Below, one piece after another: positions 35,187 through 41,781 of a DNA stretch of 41,781 nt. A program made the translations under genes and the position numbers. Within the stretch, counting starts at the first letter, position 1. Every line of letters begins with the position of its first letter. The notes below the pieces were generated by a model. The model ran no database searches, was not told the origin of the DNA, and saw only the letters and a list, made by a program, of their open reading frames with translations. This DNA comes from an uncultured Ruminococcus sp. (GTDB lineage: Bacteria; Bacillota; Clostridia; Oscillospirales; CAG-272): positions 1-41,781 of the forward strand of contig CAZUJY010000001.1 in assembly GCA_964620565.1 (NCBI GenBank). The letters run 5' to 3'.

Positions 35187-36395
35187 ATGAAAGTTTTAGT
35201 AATTAACGCAGGCTCAAGCTCGCTTAAGTATCAGCTTCTCGATACCGAGAGTGAGGCGGTGCTTGCAAAGGGGAATTGCGAGAGAATCGGTATTGACGGC
35301 TCCCGTCTTATCCACAAAACAAGTGGTAAGGAGGAGTACGTTCACGAAGCTGCGCTCCCCGATCACTCTGCCGCAATGAAGCTTCTTGTTGAGACTCTGG
35401 TTGACCCTGTGGTTGGCTGTATCGCATCTGTTGATGAGATCGAGGCCGTAGGTCACAGAGTTGTTCACGGCGGTCAGTATTTTGCCGACTCGGTGCTTCT
35501 CTCCGACGAGGTGCTTGAGGCGGTAGAGAAGTGCATCGTATATGCTCCTCTTCACAATCCCGCTCATATTATGGGAATCAAGGGCTGTCTTGCAGCAATG
35601 CCGGATACTCCTCAGGTTCTCGTTTTCGACACCGCATTCCATCAGACAATGTCCAAAGAGGTCTACACCTACGGTATTTCCTATGATATGTACGAGGAGT
35701 ACGGAATCCGTCGCTACGGTATGCACGGCACCTCTCACAGATTCGTAAGCGGCGAGATGATAAAGATCATGGGCGGCGAGGCCGATGGCAAGAAGATCAT
35801 AACCTGCCATATCGGTAACGGCTCGTCCATCAGCGCCGTAAAGGATGGCAGGTGTGTTGATACCTCTATGGGCTTCACTCCTCTTGACGGTGTACTTATG
35901 GGAACCAGATGCGGCTCCATCGACCCTGCTATCGTGCCTTTCATTATGGAGAAGAAGGGCTTTACTGCCAAGGAAATGGACAACTATATGAATAAGCAGT
36001 GCGGCTTCGCAGGTATTTCCGGTGTTGGATCCGACTCCCGTGACGTTGAACGTGCAATGAGGGAGGGAAATGAGCGCGCAAAGCTTACCTTCGATATGCT
36101 TTGTTATCAGATCAAGAAGTACGTTGGCGCTTACTCCGCCGCAATGGGTGGACTTGATGCAATCGTATTTACCGCAGGAATCGGCGAGCATACCCCCTAT
36201 ATCAGAGAGAACGCTCTTGCAGGACTTGAATATCTCGGTGTAAAGATCGACAAGGAGAGAAACACCTTTGGTCACTCCTCCGTACCCGTTCAGCTTTCCG
36301 CAGACGATTCAAAAGTTCTCGTATATATGATCCCCACCAACGAGGAGCTTGTAATTGCGAGGGACACTGCAAAGATCGTATCCGAGCTTAAATAA
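35187..36395 (+). CDS. ackA: Acetate kinase
   Basis: 'MKVLVINAGSSSLKYQL', 'GHRVVHGG', 'PLHNPA', 'VFDTAFHQTM', 'YGMHGTSH' and 'FTAGIGE'. 402 aa. Confidence 0.97.
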   Translation: MKVLVINAGSSSLKYQLLDTESEAVLAKGNCERIGIDGSRLIHKTSGKEEYVHEAALPDHSAAMKLLVETLVDPVVGCIASVDEIEAVGHRVVHGGQYFADSVLLSDEVLEAVEKCIVYAPLHNPAHIMGIKGCLAAMPDTPQVLVFDTAFHQTMSKEVYTYGISYDMYEEYGIRRYGMHGTSHRFVSGEMIKIMGGEADGKKIITCHIGNGSSISAVKDGRCVDTSMGFTPLDGVLMGTRCGSIDPAIVPFIMEKKGFTAKEMDNYMNKQCGFAGISGVGSDSRDVERAMREGNERAKLTFDMLCYQIKKYVGAYSAAMGGLDAIVFTAGIGEHTPYIRENALAGLEYLGVKIDKERNTFGHSSVPVQLSADDSKVLVYMIPTNEELVIARDTAKIVSELK

Positions 36396-36403
36396 ACAAT
36401 TTT

Positions 36404-36432
36404 TAAGGCACGCACATAGCGTGCCTTTCTTT
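36404..36432 (+). terminator. Intrinsic terminator after ackA
   Basis: 'aaggcacgc-acata-gcgtgcctt' followed by 'tctttat'. Confidence 0.7.
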
Positions 36433-36477
36433 ATATAATAGCATAAATGAAAAAATAAGTCAATAAATGAGAGAAAT

Positions 36478-37542
36478 TTATGTGTTATTTTTGAGAATAT
36501 TGCCGATTTCGATGATTTTTTTATCTACAATTCGGTCGATGATCTCAAAATTCATCGCTTGACCGTATATTTCCTCCAGTCTGAAATGAAGATCTGATGC
36601 AATGGCAAACCACCTTTTTGCTTCTTCAAGAGCCTCCATGTGAATTTGCTTTGCTTTCTTGATCTTCTCTCGATCTGTAAGTGGTATTGTAACAAACTCG
36701 TCGGCATCGATTTCTCCCGACTTGGATCTCGTGATTGCTATATTGTTATCCGGTAAATACAGTGCGTCTGTAACCGTAGGATCAAGGGCGCAGGGCAGGT
36801 GAATATACCTTGCGTTTTTGTATTTCAAATTCTTATAGCAACAGTCTAAAAACAGATCAACGGAATACTTATCACCTCTTACGGAAATCAGATTGGTATT
36901 CGTGTCAAAAGCATCGTCAATTTGATGATCTCCAAAGCGTCCGAATGAGGATATCAGACGGGTAGAGTAAGCATACATATCAGACCATGAAATATCCTTT
37001 AAAACACTTTCTGCCTTATCTTTTGCTTGGACTTTAGAGAAAAATGCCATATAACAGGAACGTATTATTTCGTGCGATTTTCCTGCTAAAGCAAGATATT
37101 GATAGGCCGTTTTATATGCTCCGGATTTCTCCTTTGCGATATCTGTAATTTCATCTCCTCGCGCCATAAGCCAATCCTTGTCCCAGCCGACTCCAAGGTC
37201 TATCAGCTCATCCTTTGCGCCGGGTATTTTAGCATCTATTTCGTGGGGAGCAGTACCGTCTATTATGGCTATTTTCTTGCCTTGATTTTCTATGATCACT
37301 CCGTCAAGAGAGTTGGGATCCGACGAGCAATAGATCTCCTCGATCCTATAATTTTTCTCCCCGAAAACCCGCGCCGCCTTCTTCATAAAGCTGCTTTTTC
37401 CTGTACCGGGTCCACCCTTTAAAACGTATATTCTGCTATATTTTTCGGGATCAAATACTGTATCAAAATAACTGACAAATCCCTTGTAGGTGTTTGCTGC
37501 GGCAAAATATTTTTTGATGTAATTTTTGTTACTTTCCTTCAT
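36478..37542 (-). CDS. Uncharacterised P-loop NTPase (conserved hypothetical ATPase of spore-forming Firmicutes)
   Basis: Walker A 'LKGGPGTGKSS' about 40 aa from the N-terminus. Probable Walker B region 'IAIIDGTAPHEID'. Strong RBS AAAGGAGG. 354 aa. No other recognisable domain. Confidence 0.7.
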   Translation of the reverse strand: MKESNKNYIKKYFAAANTYKGFVSYFDTVFDPEKYSRIYVLKGGPGTGKSSFMKKAARVFGEKNYRIEEIYCSSDPNSLDGVIIENQGKKIAIIDGTAPHEIDAKIPGAKDELIDLGVGWDKDWLMARGDEITDIAKEKSGAYKTAYQYLALAGKSHEIIRSCYMAFFSKVQAKDKAESVLKDISWSDMYAYSTRLISSFGRFGDHQIDDAFDTNTNLISVRGDKYSVDLFLDCCYKNLKYKNARYIHLPCALDPTVTDALYLPDNNIAITRSKSGEIDADEFVTIPLTDREKIKKAKQIHMEALEEAKRWFAIASDLHFRLEEIYGQAMNFEIIDRIVDKKIIEIGNILKNNT

Positions 37543-37603
37543 ATATTACGCCTCCTTTGCTTTTATATATTATTCTTTTTTAAAAAATCTGATAGTATTT
37601 AAC

Positions 37604-37633
37604 TTGACATTTGGCTTTTGGTTATTGTATAAT
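37604..37633 (+). promoter_or_regulatory. Sigma-A type promoter for coaE
   Basis: TTGACA (37604..37609), 18-nt spacer, TATAAT (37628..37633). Confidence 0.55.
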
Positions 37634-37657
37634 ATTATGTTGAAGGAGAATATGCTT

Positions 37658-38257
37658 ATGAAGGTAATTGGACTTTGCGGCGGAAGCGGAAGCGGAAAGG
37701 GAGTTGTTTGCGAGCTTTTTCGAGAGCTGGGAATCCCCTCTGTCGACACCGATGCTGTGTACCGTGAGCTGACAAGCAGCTACGGTCCAACTCTCAAGGC
37801 CCTCTCGGAGGAGTTTGGCAGAGAGATTATAACCGAAGATAATACTCTTAATCGTAAGGTTCTTGCGGATATAGTATTTTCCGGCGATGGCTCGGAGAAA
37901 AGACTAAAGAGACTTAATGAGATTGCCCATAGGTTTATTCTTAATGAAACAAGACGCAGGCTGGCCGATTTTGCCAAGAGCGGGGTGACCGCATCAATAG
38001 TTGATGCTCCTGTGCTCTTCGAGTCAGGATTTGATAAGGAATGTGATGCCGTTGTCTGCGTTATTGCAAGCAAGGATATCCGTCTTCAGAGAATTACTTT
38101 GCGTGACGGCATTTCGACAGAGGAGGCAGAGCGGAGAATTGCCTCGCAGATGTCGGATGCGACACTCATTGAGAAGTGCGATTTTGTAATCGAAAACAAT
38201 TCGGATATTCATTCACTTCGTGAACAGGTGAAATCTGTTATCGAAGCTTTAACTTAA
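37658..38257 (+). CDS. coaE: Dephospho-CoA kinase
   Basis: 'MKVIGLCGGSGSGKG', 'DTDAVYREL' and 'DAPVLFESGFD'. The ATG at 37658 lies 9 nt after GAAGGAG. The longer ORF-track start would lie upstream of the promoter. 199 aa. Confidence 0.9.
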   Translation: MKVIGLCGGSGSGKGVVCELFRELGIPSVDTDAVYRELTSSYGPTLKALSEEFGREIITEDNTLNRKVLADIVFSGDGSEKRLKRLNEIAHRFILNETRRRLADFAKSGVTASIVDAPVLFESGFDKECDAVVCVIASKDIRLQRITLRDGISTEEAERRIASQMSDATLIEKCDFVIENNSDIHSLREQVKSVIEALT

Positions 38258-38284
38258 AAATAATTTTGAAAGGTGATAAATACA

Positions 38285-39685
38285 ATGAGCGAAAAGACCA
38301 TTGGACAGGAAATGTTTGATAAGCTTTCCTACAAGAAAAAGAACATTTATGAGGAGGCAACTCCCGAAAAGATCAAGGCGATCTATGATTACTCCGAGGG
38401 CTACAAGAAGTTCCTTGACAGCTCAAAGACCGAGCGTGAGGCTACCGATAGCGCTATCGCGCTTGCAAAGGCGCAGGGCTATACCGAGTACAAGCTTGGC
38501 GATAAGCTCTCCGTAGGCGATAAGAAGTATCTTAATCAGCACGGTAAGAGCCTTATTATCTTCAAGGTTGGTGAAAATGATCTCGAGAGCGAGGGCATCA
38601 GAATCATTGCCGCTCACGTTGATGCTCCCAGACTTGACTTGAAGCAGGTTCCTATGTATGAGGACAGCGGTATGGCATTCCTTAAGACCCACTACTACGG
38701 CGGTGTTAAGAAGTATCAGTGGACCTCTATTCCTCTTGCTATCCACGGTGTAATGGTAAAGGGCGACGGCGAGGTTGTTAACGTTTGTATCGGTGAGGAC
38801 GATTCCGATCCCGTATTCTACATCAACGATCTTCTTCCTCACCTTGGCGCAAGACAGTCTCAGGAGCCTCTCGGCACTGCTATCAGCGGCGAGACCCTTA
38901 ACATTCTCATCGGCGGTCTTCCTTACGATGATAAGGAGGTTGCTGATAAGGTTAAGCTTACCGCACTTTCTATTCTTAACGATAAGTACGGTGTAACCGA
39001 GGAGGACTTCATCTCCGCGGAGCTTTCTCTCGTTCCTGCATTCAAGGCTCGTGACATCGGCTTTGACAGAGCGCTTATCGCTTCCTACGGTCACGATGAC
39101 AGAGTTTGTTCCTATCCCGCAGTTACCGCTCTTCTTGATAACTCCGACACCAAGCATACCGTTATGGTTGTTCTTGCCGACAAGGAGGAGATCGGTTCTG
39201 TTGGTATTACAGGTATGCAGTCTGCATTCCTTGTTGATCTCATTTCCGAGATCTCCACATCTCTTGGCAAGAATCCCATCGTTGTAAGAGGTAAGAGCAA
39301 GTGCCTCAGCGCAGACGTTACCGCTTGCTACGATCCCAACTTTGCTGATGTATATGAAAAGCGCAACAGCGCAATGATCTCCTGCGGTACTACTATGTCC
39401 AAGTACACAGGCTCCAGAGGCAAGTCTGGTACAAGCGATGCAACTGCTGAGTTTGTCGGCTTTGTTCGTAAGCTCTTTGCAGAGAACGGCGTTATCTGGC
39501 AGACGGGCGAGCTTGGTAAGGTTGACCAGGGCGGCGGCGGAACCGTTGCTATGTATATTGCCAACCAGAATATCGAGACCGTTGACCTTGGTGTGCCTGT
39601 AATCTCCATGCACGCACCCTACGAGGTTGTTTCCAAGGCTGACGTATACTCCACCTACGAGGCATTCTGCGCATTTGTAAAATAG
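38285..39685 (+). CDS. M18 family aminopeptidase (aminopeptidase 1 type)
   Basis: 'IIAAHVDAPRLDLK', 'HYYGGVKKYQW', 'ASYGHDDRVC', 'LADKEEIGS' and 'GGGTVA...SMHAPYE'. The ATG at 38285 follows AAAGGTG. 466 aa. Confidence 0.88.
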   Translation: MSEKTIGQEMFDKLSYKKKNIYEEATPEKIKAIYDYSEGYKKFLDSSKTEREATDSAIALAKAQGYTEYKLGDKLSVGDKKYLNQHGKSLIIFKVGENDLESEGIRIIAAHVDAPRLDLKQVPMYEDSGMAFLKTHYYGGVKKYQWTSIPLAIHGVMVKGDGEVVNVCIGEDDSDPVFYINDLLPHLGARQSQEPLGTAISGETLNILIGGLPYDDKEVADKVKLTALSILNDKYGVTEEDFISAELSLVPAFKARDIGFDRALIASYGHDDRVCSYPAVTALLDNSDTKHTVMVVLADKEEIGSVGITGMQSAFLVDLISEISTSLGKNPIVVRGKSKCLSADVTACYDPNFADVYEKRNSAMISCGTTMSKYTGSRGKSGTSDATAEFVGFVRKLFAENGVIWQTGELGKVDQGGGGTVAMYIANQNIETVDLGVPVISMHAPYEVVSKADVYSTYEAFCAFVK

Positions 39686-39726
39686 TTTATCCTCAAAATT
39701 AAATAAATTATTTTTGAGGTAGAGAA

Positions 39727-40803
39727 ATGATATTCCAGAAATTGCAAAAGGCCGATGACCGATACAGGGAGATCGAACAGATGATGACTCTCCCGGAGGT
39801 CGTTGGAAATAATAAAAAATATGCCGAGCTTATAAAGGAATACAAGGCTCTTGAGCCTGTTATTGTGAAATTCCGTGAGTATAAGGAGGCAGACAAAAAC
39901 CTTCGAGAGTCGGATGAAATGATGCGTGACTCCGGCCTTGATCCCGAGCTTCGTGAGCTTGCCGAGGAGGAGTACAAGGAATGCAGGACAATATGTGAAA
40001 AGCTTACCGATGAGCTGAGGATTCTTCTTATGCCACGTGACCCTAATGATTCGAGAAACGTTATTGTCGAGATCAGACAAGGCGCAGGCGGAGAGGAGGC
40101 GGCTCTTTTCGGTGCGGACCTTTACAGAATGTATAGTATGTACGCTACGGCAAGACGCTTCAAGACAGAGGTTGTTAGTATTAATGAAACCGAGCTTGGC
40201 GGACTTAAGGAAATTAGCTTCAGCGTTATCGGTGAAGGCGCTTATTCGAGATTTAAGTTTGAAAGCGGCGTTCACCGTGTTCAACGTATTCCCGTAACAG
40301 AGTCTAACGGCAGAATTCAGACCTCTACCGTTACCGTTGCGGTACTGCCCGAGGCAGAGGACGTTGAGGTTGAGGTAAATCCCGCAGATCTTAAATTTGA
40401 GTCCTGTAAGTCCAGCGGAGCAGGCGGTCAGCATATTAACAAGACCGAGTCCGCCGTAAGACTTACCCATAAGCCTACGGGTATAGTTATCGAGTGCGAT
40501 CAGGAGAGAAGTCAGCTTCAGAATAAAGAAAAGGCGCTTAAGATCCTCTATTCCAAGCTCTATGATATGAAGCTTCGTGCGCAGGAGGATGAGATAGCCT
40601 CCACACGTAAGAGTCAGGTCGGCAGCGGTGACCGCAGTGAGAAGATAAGAACCTACAACTATCCTCAGTCTCGTGTTACCGATCACAGAATCAACAAGAC
40701 CATCTATTCGCTTGCGGGATTCCTTAACGGTGATATAGACTGTATTGTTGACGACCTTATTGCGGCAGATACCGCAGAGCGTCTTAAGGGTGAACAGCAA
40801 TGA
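39727..40803 (+). CDS. prfA: Peptide chain release factor 1
   Basis: 'VQRIPVTES.GRI.TS' (the RF1 P.T tripeptide) and 'SSGAGGQHINKTESAVR' (GGQ). 358 aa. Confidence 0.97.
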   Translation: MIFQKLQKADDRYREIEQMMTLPEVVGNNKKYAELIKEYKALEPVIVKFREYKEADKNLRESDEMMRDSGLDPELRELAEEEYKECRTICEKLTDELRILLMPRDPNDSRNVIVEIRQGAGGEEAALFGADLYRMYSMYATARRFKTEVVSINETELGGLKEISFSVIGEGAYSRFKFESGVHRVQRIPVTESNGRIQTSTVTVAVLPEAEDVEVEVNPADLKFESCKSSGAGGQHINKTESAVRLTHKPTGIVIECDQERSQLQNKEKALKILYSKLYDMKLRAQEDEIASTRKSQVGSGDRSEKIRTYNYPQSRVTDHRINKTIYSLAGFLNGDIDCIVDDLIAADTAERLKGEQQ

Positions 40804-41781
40804 GAACCGAAATAATCAGGGTTGATCCTAGAGGACTTGAAAAACACGAAAACGAGTTAAAAAATGCGGCAGAAATAATTATTAAGGGCGGACTCGTTGC
40901 TTTCCCCACCGAAACCGTTTACGGACTTGGCGGCGACGGAACGAATCCAAATGCTGCAAAGGCTATATATTCTGCCAAGGGAAGACCCTCGGATAATCCG
41001 CTGATAATTCATATTGCTTATCCTAGCGACGCTGAAAAATACACCTATACCTGCGACACATACTATAAGCTCGCCGAGCGCTTTATGCCGGGCCCGCTTA
41101 CAGTTGTATTAAAGGCACGTGACAGTGTTCCCAGGGAAACCAGAGGCGGACTTGATACCGTTGCGGTACGGTGTCCTTCAAACCCGATAGCTCACAGACT
41201 TATCGAGCTTTCGGACAGACCTATTGCCGCGCCCTCGGCTAATCTTTCCGGCAGCCCTTCGCCTACCGATGCAAAACACGTAATAGACGATATGCAGGGA
41301 AGAATTGACATGATCATCGATGGCGGAGAGTGCGATATTGGTCTTGAATCCACAATCGTAAAGATCGAGGAAGACGGATCTATGATCCTCCTTCGCCCCG
41401 GCAGAGTAACCGTGGACGAGCTTGCCTGTATAGCACCCGTAAGTCTTGCAGATGCGGTAACCGACAGGCTGGCAGAGGGGCAGGTCGCTCTTTCTCCCGG
41501 TATGAAATACCGCCATTACGCACCCAAGGCACCACTTGTGCTTCTTGACGGTGGACTTGATGCTGTAATTGAACATATCAAGAGCGAAGAACTAACTAAA
41601 ACAGCAATACTTTGCTACAGCGACGATAAGGATGCTGTGGCAGAAAAGCTTCCCGATGCCGATATTTTCATTCTCGGCGCAAGGAATAATATTAATGAGC
41701 AGGCACATCATTTGTTCTCAATACTCAGAGAGGCTGATGAGAGAAGCTATGACAGGATCTATGCGCCCCTTCCTTCGAAGG
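40800..41781 (+). CDS. tsaC: L-threonylcarbamoyladenylate synthase (Sua5/YwlC/TsaC), 3' end beyond the window
   Basis: 'GGLVAFPTETVYGLG', 'IY.AKGRPSDNPLI.HI', 'PGPLT', 'VAVR.PS.P.A..LI' and 'APSAN.SG.PSPT'. Its ATG overlaps the prfA TGA (ATGA). The reading frame is open to the end of the window. Confidence 0.88.
   Translation, partial: MRTEIIRVDPRGLEKHENELKNAAEIIIKGGLVAFPTETVYGLGGDGTNPNAAKAIYSAKGRPSDNPLIIHIAYPSDAEKYTYTCDTYYKLAERFMPGPLTVVLKARDSVPRETRGGLDTVAVRCPSNPIAHRLIELSDRPIAAPSANLSGSPSPTDAKHVIDDMQGRIDMIIDGGECDIGLESTIVKIEEDGSMILLRPGRVTVDELACIAPVSLADAVTDRLAEGQVALSPGMKYRHYAPKAPLVLLDGGLDAVIEHIKSEELTKTAILCYSDDKDAVAEKLPDADIFILGARNNINEQAHHLFSILREADERSYDRIYAPLPSK

Noticed and set aside
35214-36275. 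353-aa ORF antisense to ackA
   Set aside because: A shadow ORF inside a canonical acetate kinase gene, with no independent signals.
37526-37657. 44-aa hydrophobic N-terminal extension of coaE in the ORF track
   Set aside because: The extension spans the coaE promoter (37604..37633) and overlaps the divergent ATPase start. The ATG at 37658 has a proper RBS and gives the canonical CoaE N-terminus.
38423-39613. 396-aa ORF antisense to the M18 aminopeptidase gene
   Set aside because: A shadow ORF. The sense frame carries the conserved peptidase motifs.
39655-40800. 381-aa ORF antisense to prfA
   Set aside because: A shadow ORF. The sense frame has the RF1 PVT and GGQ motifs.
1-41781. CRISPR arrays, tRNA/rRNA genes, IS elements, integrases, prophage or toxin-antitoxin/defence modules
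   Set aside because: No regularly spaced direct repeats, no transposase-, integrase- or phage-like ORFs, and no tRNA-like cloverleaf regions were noticed. All intergenic regions are short (under 290 nt) and are explained by promoters and terminators. This was a scan by eye only, so small or degenerate elements could have been missed.

Overview
Overall call: this 41.8 kb window is a gene-dense core chromosomal region from an endospore-forming Firmicute. The spoIIGA-sigE pair, spoVT and whiA point to Clostridia. Codon usage and about 45-48% GC are compatible with an Oscillospiraceae/Ruminococcus-like genome, but that guess is low confidence.

Content: about 41 protein-coding genes, almost all recognisable housekeeping functions.
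- Isoprenoid, redox and glycolysis genes: ispE, hslO, and a PPi-type phosphofructokinase.
- metK, preceded by a textbook SAM-I riboswitch.
- ruvAB.
- A nusB-xseAB-tlyA-argR-recN block, then murB-whiA-dnaE.
- A ClpC-like AAA+ unfoldase and an Mrp/NBP35 ATPase.
- spoIIGA-sigE, rpmE, hflX, yigZ, dnaG-rpoD and spoVT.
- tmcAL, ackA, coaE, an M18 aminopeptidase, prfA and tsaC/sua5.

What I did not find: rRNA or tRNA genes, a CRISPR array, transposase or integrase genes, prophage genes, or a recognisable defence island. I cannot defend a claim of a novel multi-gene system here.

Most unusual items:
1. A membrane protein with an RGG/FGG glycine-rich N-terminus, a natural His tract and a TPM-like ectodomain.
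2. A divergent TsaD/Kae1 paralog sitting where folD lies in the Bacillus nusB-xseAB cluster.
3. A ClpC-like protein whose Clp_N domain is replaced by a C4 zinc ribbon.
4. A complete promoter-RBS-terminator unit for a 34-aa ORF.
5. A perfect 21-nt palindrome abutting the Shine-Dalgarno of a DUF3048 gene, inside a two-gene operon with an orphan 97-aa protein.
6. An uncharacterised 354-aa P-loop NTPase.
7. A compact SOD-like protein.

Method limits: all functional calls come from reading motifs in the supplied translations and from memory of family signatures. No searches were run. Several start codons were re-assigned from the ORF track using Shine-Dalgarno position.
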